Positions 12,235-23,050 of a stretch of DNA of 44,174 nt are shown here, one piece after another (the first letter of the stretch is position 1; each line of letters begins with the position of its first letter). The position numbers and the translations under genes are program-made. Under the pieces are notes generated by a model. That model was not told the origin of the DNA and ran no database searches. It saw nothing but the letters and a program-made list of their open reading frames with translations. Location of the stretch: contig JYFJ02003281.1 in the NCBI GenBank assembly GCA_000934665.2, positions 1 to 44,174 of the forward strand. Direction: 5' to 3'. The stretch is from Catajapyx aquilonaris. Lineage: Eukaryota.

Positions 12235-13546
12235 ATGCGGATGATGAACGGGCCTCCTCTCCGCCCCGGGATGGCCCCGGGGCCGCCCCACCACCGTCCC
12301 CGCGGGCCACACCCGCCCCGAGGCATGGGCGGACCACCGAGGGGACCGCCTCCTCCGGGCCACCCCATGCGAATGATGCACCCCCCACCCGGAGGCCCGC
12401 CGATGGGACCGCCCATGGGCTGCCCTCCTCGCGGCCCGCCCTTCCCGCCGGGGCCACCGGGCCCTCCCAGGGGCATGGGCCCTCCGCCGCCGCCCCCTCC
12501 GCCACACCTGCGCGGGATGCGGCCACCGGGGCCTCCCATGTTCCCGCCCGGTCCACCGCCACCGGGGCACGGGCTGGGCCCTCCTCCCCCGCACCCCAGG
12601 AACAGGATGGCCTTCAGGGGACGGCCTCGCATGATGGGGATGAGGCCCAGGAAGCCATATTACCCAACACCCAACAAGAAGAACCCATTCATACAGCCGG
12701 TGGTGAGACATTTATTATATCCTTTATGCCCCTGGTATACTAAACTTGGTTGCACTATCGGCTGGCAATAGATCAGGCTAGTTGTCATGCATTTCACTGC
12801 ATTTGTACATGTTGGCACATGTTGAGAGTTATGACTTGTGGATGCATTTGGTCTGCATAATGTTGTATAGATAAAAGGATGTCATGATGTTTATGGTAGA
12901 GAGTATCAGGGCTGAAGGGTGTCTATAACCTCCCAGGAACAGGAGCTCAATAAGCCATGGATTACTGAGGCTATGAAGGATGAGATCCTGAAGCGCCATC
13001 ACATGAACCAAAAGGCAAAGAAGACTGGGAATCCTGATGATTGGGAAGCGTTCAAGAGCCAGAGGAACAGGGTCAGCACCATGGTCCAGGAAGCCAAACT
13101 GGAGTACATTGGAAGCCATCCTGAAGAGGTCAGGGGACGTTTCATTTGCTGACATATTAACTTTTGCTTCCTGTATGTTTTATCCTCAACCCTATTGCTG
13201 TGTGATTGGTCCAAGTCACTTTGACACAAGCAAAAGGGTTGAATTCTTTCTTAATAGTTCCGTATTCATAGCACAGTCGCATCCTCTTGGGCAGCCATGT
13301 TGCTGTATATCTGTTGTGTGAATGAAATTTATAATCATTAACTTATTCAAAGGCAATTTTTAAACATAGTCCCAAGTAAGAAGTGATATATTTAGCTAGG
13401 CATATATCTTGAATCTTCACAATTTCCTATGTGTATTTCTTGATTACTGGAAGGTATTAATTAATCTGATGTCACATGGAATTCAATTGCAGGACATAGA
13501 TAAAATCATGGCTGAAGTGGAGACTAATTCTGGGCCGATGTTGTAA
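12235..13546 (+). CDS. Pro/Gly/Met-rich protein with a C-terminal helical domain, fs(1)K10-like (short isoform of the locus)
   Basis: Exons 12235-12702, 12937-13128 (NKPWITEAMKDEILKR...DWEAFKSQRNRVSTMVQEAKLEYIG) and 13493-13546 (DIDKIMAEVETNSGPML*), all phase 0. An AATAAA lies near 13998. The resemblance to the Drosophila K10 C-terminus is from memory. Confidence 0.7.
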
Positions 13547-16494
13547 GAGCTGCCATTCCCCAAATTTCTGAAAGGCTCGAGGCACAGCCTTTTTCATGCA
13601 CAGGATTCACAGACTGCTTCGATTTTTCTTTTATATTTACTTAATCTCAGAACACCAGTGTGACTTGTATTGTGTCTTTTGTACCCGTCATTAGTGACTT
13701 GTTAGCACCCAAGTAATTTTGATATGGGGATTTTGGTCCCAAATTTTAGAGGTAGATTGTTGCTCTGCATTGTGTACATCAAATGCATAGTGGCTGAAAA
13801 TGTGTTATTAATAACCTACAAGAAATGGATTAATTTCTGTCACACTGTGAAGTTAACGTATTCATTTGAAGTGTAATGTTTTGAGTCGAACTTATGGAAT
13901 ATTGTATTACGACATTAAGCAGGAGTTCGCTTAGGTTGCATACTATCAACAATTAGCACTGTTAAAAAAATTGTCAGAGCAGTGGTAAAAAGAGGCAAAT
14001 AAAGGTTTTGACAAAATTTGTTAGTTGATATTTGAAAATTCATTAGCTGTGCCTTTGAAGCTGCAAAAATTTGTATTTTGTGTAAATATTAGACTGCAAA
14101 GTTGATTAGTACAGTTTGTACTTAATGTAAATGCTGGCCAGTTTTATAGGTCACTGTGTACTGTGTGCTTATTCCTGTATGTGTAATTCATTTATTTATG
14201 ACATAAGTGTCCCACAGTGTGTGTGTGTGTGTGTAGTAGTTTAATGGGTACCATATTATGAGGCATCTATTCTGAAATTGCAGCAGAAATATGGGCAGAG
14301 TTAATGCATCAGAACCAGTCACAAATTGAAGCACTCTGCACTGCCTTTGTGTTGGTGGTTCTTGCAGAACTTCTGCCCCTGCTTCCACTGTAATCATGGA
14401 GCAGACACCCTCTAGATCAGAGATGGGAGGTCGTTTTCTTTTGTTAATGTACTCGTTGCAAATGTCAGCTGAGGAAAAGGCAAAGTAGCACGTTCTCCCT
14501 GCAATAATAATATAAGTAATGCTAAAGGAATTCAAAACTTGGTTTCTTTTCTCCTGTGAATTGTTAAAAGTAATTTTTACAAGAACAGCCTTGGATAAAT
14601 TTTAACATTTTCATTGTTGAAGAACCTATTGTAAGAAGAAAAATGCTGAACGTAGTCCATTTTTACATGAAACATTATCATACCATTGCAAAAAGTTGGT
14701 CTTAAATGCATTATATTAAAACTGATCAAAAGTTGCCCCAAACGAAGACAAATCCCTCAACCATTGTGTGAAGCATTGTCGACACCTGACAATCAGCGTT
14801 TGCTGTCAAAAGGGATTTGATCCTACTGTTAGTGGACAGGCCGCAAGAGTAAGTCTGCCATTTGCTTGTTGACATTTATATAACTGCCGACTTGAAGGGG
14901 AAATAAGTTTCTGGGGTTTGGGTGTTATAGGTGGTAACTGATAAGAATTGCATGGGACACACGCTTAATTGTTGCTTTCTATCCTCTGGTACATGAGCAG
15001 AAGGAAGGCACGTGGCAATTAAATGTCCTTTGGCAGCATGCTTATTGCAACACACAGAGATGGAAAATACGGTAAACCCTGTTTGGAGCAAACCATGTAT
15101 AGAGTAAGAACTTGTCCAAAGCAACATCATTAATTTTAGCTCATTTAAAAAAAAAAAATGTTGCATGTAATTAAAGTATGTAATTTTTAGTGATTCTGTC
15201 ACAGACAGGATTATCTGCAGACCACATCTATTCACATTTCATTTATACTTTATGTTGCCATGAACTTGTTTTCACACATGTATATTTTTTGGAAACTACT
15301 AAAATTGCCATGTGCCAACCATTTTCTCATTTTCAAAAACCAAGATCTTGCATGCATCTCGGTAAAAGGGGAAGGTTCAGCCATCTCTTGAGATATTGAA
15401 TGATATTCTTGTAGCAACCAGAAGAAAACTCTCAGTTGGCCGAACAGGGTATTTCCATTGTAATTTAACAACAGGCAAATTGGAGGTAAAAAATGCACCA
15501 TCATGTTTGTATTTTTGGAGAATGCTAATCAAAAGGATTTTTAGGCACAGGTTAATGCTGTGTGGAATCTCATGCAAGCTGTATACGTGTAATGAACACT
15601 GACCATTGCTTGAAGTACAGGTAAATGTAATGGTTTGTTCATGTTGCAATACTGAAAACAAGGGAAGCATTTTATTCACCCAAGTGACTATTAAGAAATT
15701 GGACCAATAGCGTGCCCTTCCCAGGTTGGAAATTCCAAGCCTTTTTAAGCCAGTCTGGTGCAATACAGTCCACAACTGCAGCATTATAAGTAAGAAACGG
15801 CAGATTCCCATTGCACTATATGTTGTCCTCAAGCTTAATGTGAGCTTGGGCAGCATATCCATATCTGAGGAATTGCCACTGCATATGAAAACTAACTGCA
15901 CTTACTCACCCCCAGAAAAAAATAATTCAATTATAACCTGTGCCTAAAAGATTTGACATATGATTCTTTCAATAAGTGAAAATTCAAAATCAATGGTACA
16001 TTTTGTGCAAAAATGGATTCTTATTGTGCTGATGTTCTAGTTGCACAAGAATATTTCAAAAATATAATATTTGATTTTTTAAATTTTTAAATTGTGCCCA
16101 CCTGAGCACAAGGTTAGCCGATGTTGATAGAGTAACTTTCCCATTCTTATGAAATTGTTGCCACACACCTTTTTACATTCACGTGCATACGGTATATGTT
16201 TCTATCAATTGCCATTCTGCGGGTGTCCAAAAAGTTTGCAATGATCAGGGAGTGTAATTGTTTTCTCAATTATTGTTTATGAACTTTTAATTAGCGACTT
16301 TTATGACACTCAGTATACACCCAAGCTCCTCGTTTTAAAAGACTTCACCTGCATGTACTTAAAGATGAGTCCACTATAATTTCACTGGCTTATCCAATGT
16401 GCAGTGGCATTGGACTCTTAGTGTAGTGTGTTTGTAAATCAGCCACCTTTTCAAGGAATATTACTGGTGTCTAATATCACATTGCTATTCACAG

Positions 16495-18797
16495 AGTCAT
16501 ATGTGGGAGGATGAAACTGGCAGTGAAGATTTTCATGGCCATGTAGCTCGTAACACGAAGCCTTTCCATTGCGACAACTGTGACAGAGATTTTGCAACTG
16601 AGGAGAAACTAGAAGAACACAATTCAGAGCATATTGTGTGCAATGTGGATGGTTGTGGGCTCAAGATGCATCCAAAGCTGATGGAAAAGCATTTCTTTAT
16701 GCAGCATCAGACAGGACTCTTTTCTAGGATAACAGGGATTGATCCGGAGAAGTGGAGAGAAGAACGGAGAAGGTAAATGTGATACACAGTGTTCCAACTG
16801 TCAGTCAGGAAGGTTGGCATGTACTGCATACATGCAAGTGGTCTTTACATTTAAGAAATCAAATGGGCTGTAATAATAATGTGCACAGGTTTTTTTTTTC
16901 TTTCAAATTTTCAAATGCAGCAACAAGTGATGTAAAACTGTCTATGCTAATACCTCCCTTGCACTTCTGCAGAAATGCCCTGCTGCTGCTTGACAATCAA
17001 CAGTAAAAGTCATTCAAGTATTGAAGTACCAGTTATAATATTTTTATATTAAGAAAATTTTTCGAGGCTTCTCTTGTGATTGTTGTGACATAGCGTATAT
17101 TGCCAGTGTATGTATTAGAGAGAGTTGTATTTTGCAGATGTTATCCAACGACTACTAATGTAGCCAGGAAAAAAGAAACTGGTGAAACTGAAAGATTAGG
17201 ACACTTCAATCGTAACACGAATTGGCAGCCTGTAAGGGGCAGGGGTAGAGGAAGGGGTCGAGGCTTTGCTTCACAACCCAGGCCAAGGATGGAGCCCAAG
17301 TTCATTTTTGTGGAGCCTCCTGAGCCACAGGAGAAAATTAGGGATGTTTTGCCATTTGGGGGAGCAAGTGAGTATATTTTTTACCTTCTCATAATTGCTC
17401 TTTAAGACTGGGTTTGTGACGTTTCTTCCCATTTCAGAAGACATTTTGTGTTCATACGACGGAAGTGCAACTGTGGCAGGAAGTGCGAATCCATTGGCAG
17501 AATCATTGGCTGGATTCAGTGACTCAGAAACAGAGGAAGGTGAAGAGAAGCCTGCTGTGATTACCTCAGCCCTAGGATTGTTGGCTGGAGCATATGGATC
17601 TGACAGTGAACTAGAAGGTGTGGCATTAGTGTTGGTAGTTGTATGCTAATTACTATCACTTAAATAATATTAGTATTTAAAAAAACAAGTGCCACCAAAG
17701 GGAAGTAGTGTGATGTGAGTTGTTTTCCAAATTTATTCTTTCACTTTTATAAGGAGAGAATTGTGAATATATTGCAAGCCTGATAGTCTTTTAAAATGTG
17801 CATTTGAAGGCTGTAAATTTCATTCTTGTAATTGTTGTGTTTGTTTAGAAGGAGAACTCGTGGAAGAAAAGGCAGTGATTCTACCTCCAAAACCACCTGA
17901 AAAACCAGTTGAAGAACCTTGCACTGTAACTGCACCAAAGGCATCTGTGACCACCAAAGGCACCGCTGACAACAAGCACAAAAGATACAAGAGAAAGAGA
18001 AAGAGGCCAGGACAATCAAAAATTGAAGTGACCCTGGAGAAGAAGAGGGTTGTTCCAAAACACGACTGGCTTAACACTCCTATAAGAAGGAAGATAACTC
18101 TCCTAGAAAATGTGAGTCATTGCCTTCATGTGAATGTTGGACTTCTCTGCTAATAAGAACTTAATTTCAGCTTCTTGCCAAGGACATAGAACATGAAAGG
18201 AATGTGGTTCTTCAGTGTGTTCAATATGTTGTGGAGAAGAAATTTTTTGGTGTTGGTAGTAAGGAACAGACACCACCTAGTGTTTCTGAAGTGAAGACTA
18301 CTGAAGCTTCTCCCTCTACTGATTCTTCCAATCATGTGCTTCAGTGCATCCATCATATTGTTAAGAGTAACTTTTTTGGAGTTGGGAGTGGAACACTAAA
18401 CTCATCCAAGAATACCAGTGAGCAAATTTCCACTGTAGAAGTTACTACCCCTTTTGCTGAAACAACAATTATTACTGAAACTCTGGAACCTTCCACTGGA
18501 GAAGGTACTACCTCTTTTGGTGAAACAACTACTACTGAAACTTCCACTGTAGAAGCTACTGCCTCCTTTTCTGAAACAACTACTTCTGAAACTTCAGATC
18601 CTTCCACTCTAGAAGTCCCTTTAGCTGAAACAACGACGACTGAAACTTCAGAACCTTCCACTGTAGAAGCTGCAGAAGCTCCCTTTGCTGAAACAACAAC
18701 AACTACTACTACTGAAAGTTTTGAACTGCATGGTGGAGGGGATGGTGTTGCAGATGGAATAGAAGTAGAACATGTAAATCATGAGTCTTTTGTATAA
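16495..18797 (+). CDS. NUFIP1: NUFIP1 (box C/D snoRNP assembly factor); 5' exons probably 12235-12702 with or without 12937-13128
   Basis: Exons 16495-16772 (zinc fingers CDNCDRDF...H, CNVDGC; KWREERRR), 17138-17367 (CYPTTTNVARKK), 17438-17617 (LLAGAYGSDSE), 17849-18111 and 18171-18797 (LLAKDIEHERNVVLQCVQYVVEKKFFG). All phases fit and the motifs are characteristic of NUFIP1. Confidence 0.92.
18427..18720 (+). repeat. Coding tandem repeat with a Thr/Glu-rich unit of about 17-21 aa
   Basis: About five copies of TCCACTGTAGAAG...TTTGCTGAAACAACTACTACTGAAAC, encoding STVExxxxFAETTTTET. Confidence 0.85.
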
Positions 18798-19448
18798 GGT
18801 AATTGTGCAGCAGAATTTAATAAACTGAAATTCTGATATTGTTGATTCAGCATGTTATTTCCATCATTATTATACTTAGGTACTGAAGATGCAGGAAGAT
18901 GAGGAAAGCAGTGAGGTAGGACCTGGTTGGGGATGATGTAGAAAAGCATGTCTGAATGAAAATTATTCAGTTGCTCAATCAAAGCCTATTGGGAGATTTT
19001 TTGTCATGTTGTGGTACACTGGACTCCCAATTATCTGTGAGTGGATTATCCTTACACTGTCAAAACTTTTTTTTATAATTATAATTATTTTATTTTAAAG
19101 TTGGAAGCCCACTTGACAGTGTGAACTTGAGTTTAACATAAAACTGTACTTGTAACAGACCTCAAGAATCTAGAGAAACTCAACTGAATTTGGACAATTG
19201 ACTGAAGCTATATTTTTAGGATTGGAAGGGTACCCACTACCTCCATGTTGAAAACATGGAAATATCTGAAATTAAATTGAGCATAAATGTCATTAAATTT
19301 AATGATTTTTGCCAGCATCCTTTCTTGCAGTCCACCAGGATACACTGCAGTATATTAAATTAAATATGCGATTACAAAAGTTTAAAGCACTTTTGGTGTT
19401 TCATTACTGCACGTGAAGCCTTACAGAAGCATTACTTCCTGCAGGCAG

Positions 19449-19990
19449 TCATTTTCTTCGTTTTCCTTGCTCAAGCAGGCACCATCGTCCATCTACCTTC
19501 TCCCACTTCAGACCCATCTCCTTTAGAACTATTCGCAGGCTGCTCACGCTTCCACTGAATCCACTCTCCTTGGCACGCAACTCAGCAAGGATTTCCCGCA
19601 AGGTGGGGTGATGGCCCCCCGACATCATTTCCCTCACAGTCCTCCTAATGCACAACTTGGTGGAGTCGTCCAGCCCCGTGACTGGTGAAGGCCTCTTATG
19701 CTTAAACTTCTCGGGAGTCTTGAGCGGCTCTCCTCTCGCTGCCTTTCTTGCTATCTCGCCCACCGTGGAGAACGAAATCTGGAAACCAACACAGGGAATT
19801 ACTCTCCTGCACACATCACTGCATACATGCAACTCATCCGGCTGACCTTAAGCATGGCAGCGACTCTGTCTCTGACCGCCTCGAAGGGAATGATGGGTCC
19901 TTTCACGTCCCTCTCAGCTTTGCAGAACTCTAGGACCGACAGCACCATCTGCTGCGCTTGGCCGGTGATGGCCTTCCCCTGGTGCGCCAT
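19449..19990 (-). CDS. Two-exon, 157-aa gene encoding only the N-terminal DNA-binding region of a rosa-like Tc1/mariner transposase
   Basis: Exon 19990-19847 (48 codons, MAHQGKAITGQAQQMVLSV...GPIIPFEAVRDRVAAMLK), a 68-bp GT-AG intron at 19846-19779, and exon 19778-19449 (ISFSTVGEI...LKTP...LDDSTKLCIRRTV...PTLREILAEL...FSGSVSSLRIVLKEMGLKW...). The stop codon comes before any DDE domain. Confidence 0.8.
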
Positions 19991-20202
19991 TGCCTCAAGC
20001 TATCCAGCAAACGAAGCTCACTCCAGCTCCAGACCACGCTCCAGACCCGTGCTCCAGACAGACTACTAAGGTCAAAGGCTGTGCCAGGCTTCCAGGCCGC
20101 GCCATTTCCCTGTTGGCAACCCTGAGCGAGGAAAGATGGCGTCCGCCACAACTCCTGATAGCATTTTGTTGTGAAGAACTGAGGAGACGCCGGTCGCTGA
20201 GT
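19991..20202. promoter_or_regulatory. Putative bidirectional promoter
   Basis: A 212-bp GC/CpG-rich interval between divergent ATGs at 19990 (-) and 20203 (+). It contains AAGATGGCG, a YY1/Pho-type core. Confidence 0.55.
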
Positions 20203-22271
20203 ATGGCCCACATATCGTTGAACCAGTACCTCCAGCAGGTGAGCGCGTCTGGGGTGGACGGGAGGAACCTGAGGGATTACATTCATTTGGATTGGGACAG
20301 GGAAAGACAGACGAAAAATATTGGAAAGTATGTGCAGTGTTATACAGTGCAACATTTCTTGATGCAGGTGGAGAGTGCATGGAATGATAAGGATGGGGTG
20401 GCCTTGGCAGAATGGCTGTCATTTGACCATGCCCACTCGCAGAATCCACGCTTGCAATTGAAGGAGCCTGAGGATGCTGTAGAAAGAGTCTTGGACCTGG
20501 TTGGGATGGAGGACGTTGTCTCTGCACATCTCAGGTAGCAATTGGCAATTGGAAACTTGCAGTGCATTTTGTTGTCGTGGCATCCTGGTGTCTGGAATAT
20601 CTCATCAAGTTCCTTACTGCGTGGTGTAGTAAATTTTACTTCTTAAAAATTCTTCCAGATGCCTTTGGGCAGTGAACGAACAAGACTTCATGGACGCTTA
20701 CCGTTGCCAGAGTGTTGTTGTGGCGGTTTTCACTAAGGGTTTCTCATCCATGAAGGACGAGAACTGGGCTCTGCCTGTGGTGGCTGCTATGAGCTTGGAT
20801 TTGCGCAGGTTTGCAGCTCGTGCGGACTGCCAGGCAGGACGTAAAGGGAAGACAGGGGACACACTGCAGAAGGCAGCGGAAGGTCTGATGGGCCTTTTTA
20901 GGGTGTGTGCTGCTGACAACCGATCCTCAGAGGAGGAGACCAAACGATGGGGAATGCTGGGGCTTGTCAACCAGCTTTTTAAGATTTACTTCAGAATCAA
21001 CAAGTTGCATTTGTGCAAACCCCTCGTCAGAGCCATCGAGTCGTCTCCACTGAAGGACCAGTTCTCACTTGGACAGCAAGTCACCTACAAGTATTATGTT
21101 GGGAGGAAAGCCATGTTCGACAGTGATTATAAAGAGTGTGAGTGACTCAGTTCAAATGATGTCTCGATAGTACAACTGATGTGCTAACAAGGGGTCGTGT
21201 TAATGTGTAGCTTGGTAGATTTTAGAAGAATTTTATTGCACAGTATCCATGTTTACTAGTTTGATATTATTCTGTAAGGATATTAACTAACCAAGACTTT
21301 ATTCTTTCAGCGGATGAGTACTTGACGTTTGCATTTGAACATTGCCACCACCAGTGCAAAAAGAACAAGCGGCTGATTCTAACCTATCTCATACCGGTCA
21401 AGATGCTCAGGGTATGTCCACCTACATTCCATTGCCTTGCATTGAACAGTGAGTAATGATGTGGTAAACTACTTGCAGGGCTACTTTCCAAGTCCGATGC
21501 TACTACAAAAATATGACCTACTTCAATTTCGAGATGTGGTGTCAGCCGTGAAGGAGGGGAATGTAGCATTGTTGAATGATGCCTTGCTTGAACATGAGGC
21601 TTTTTTCATCAAGTGTGGGATATACCTCATTCTGGAGAAGCTGAGGCCCATATCCTATCGCAACCTCTTCAAGGCAGTGTAAGTTCTTTTCAGTTGAAGA
21701 TACTTTTTAAAAATCCCATTGACGAATGAGACCTGACTTGAAATGTTGGTTGAAGAGAGGTTCACATATCAGTGAGTTTGTGTAGCCGTGCATTTTGTAT
21801 TCTGCCAAGTCGCTGATATGTAAATGCCTTTGCGTCTTGGTAATTGTGGCGACACAAAATCGTGGATGTGAACACCACGTAATTCTTTGGGGCTCATCGC
21901 ATAGGGATCAGTGCTTATGTGTCTATTCACCTTAGAATTAATCTAATTAGGGAGCTGGGAACTTGTGATAATGAGTTCGCATGTATTAATAATTACCCTC
22001 CCTTCATCAAAGAAGGTATGCAAGTGGTCACTTACACATGTACTTTTGCAGCCACACCATACTCGAGACACATCAGATACCAGTTGAAGCGTTTATGGCA
22101 GCATTGGAGACGGCAAAGGTACCGGATGTTACCATGAACGAAACTGCCTGCATTCTTGCCAACCTGATCTATGAAGGGAAGATCAAGGGTTACATTTCAC
22201 ACCAACATAAGAAGCTGGTTGTCAGCAAACAAATTCCATTTCCATCTTTGACGCAGCCTAATAATAATTGA
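20203..22271 (+). CDS. PCID2: PCI domain-containing protein 2 (TREX-2 subunit)
   Basis: Exons 20203-20238 ([12 protein letters not shown]), 20368-20534, 20659-21137 ([21 protein letters not shown]...[16 protein letters not shown]), 21311-21411, 21479-21678 and 22052-22271 ([32 protein letters not shown]). Confidence 0.96.
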
Positions 22272-22378
22272 TAATAATTGTCATGTGACTCACATTTAGG
22301 ATAAACTGTATTTTAATACCACAATATCTTCAAAAAATGTTTATTAATAAATAATTGTCACAAAAGAATACGGGTAAT

Positions 22379-23050
22379 TTAAGGATTGGTGGTTGAGTTT
22401 GATGGCTGGAAGGGCATCTGCTGTTGCTGCTGCTGTGTGGTTGTCGGCGGGGGTGCAGTTGGCGGAGGGGGTGGCGGCGGTGGAGGAGGAGGGGCACGCA
22501 TGAGGCCACGACTCTGCAGATGTTGGTTCTTGTTGCGCTCCAGCTCATTAACTCTGCTGCGAGCATGCTCCAGGCGGTGCCAGGCCATCTGAAGGACCTT
22601 CTGCGACGCATAGCTTGAGCCTTCATGAGGCTGGCCTGAAAAGAGCAATAAACCAACGTCATTCAGGTTTGCACAGGGCATTTGGAAGGAACACCCATAA
22701 ATGTTCCCACATCCCCGAGTTATTACCTGTGGACACCTGTGTAAGGTAGTTGATCTGCTTGGACAGTTCTCCCTCCACCTGCGACAGGGTCTTAAGAAAG
22801 GCAGTGGTCTGTCCATCCACATGCTTCATGCTTGGCTTATCCTTGCTCAGCTCCGTCAGGGCCTGACCTGCAACACATCATAAAACTGCTTGATACACAC
22901 GCTAGTTTATGGCCATCAAGCAGATGGTGGTGTACTCATGTCTCTTCGTTGGAAGCGATTGCGACGGCACTTACCTGCGTTGTGCAGGCATCCGATGATG
23001 TCCTTCTCGATGTTGTCGAGCGCCTGGAGGCGTTCCATGGGGGCCGTCAT
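22379..23050 (-). CDS. MED11: Mediator complex subunit 11
   Basis: Exons 23050-22975 (MTAPMERLQALDNIEKDIIGCLHNA), 22867-22727 (GQALTELSKDK...LSKQINYLTQVST) and 22635-22379 (GQPHEGSSYASQKVLQMAWHRLEHARSRVNEL plus a polyP/polyQ tail). Confidence 0.95.

Noticed and set aside
12128..12743. Several long alternative-frame and antisense ORFs over the Pro-rich exon
   Set aside because: Expected by-product of very GC-rich, stop-poor Pro/Gly codons.
12880..12916. Possible C/D box snoRNA motifs (ATGATG...CTGA) in the K10/NUFIP1 first intron
   Set aside because: Too short, no terminal stem, and too close to the acceptor.
15377..15901. 174-aa minus-strand ORF in the NUFIP1 intron
   Set aside because: No recognisable motif or splice support; treated as chance or an unidentifiable relic.
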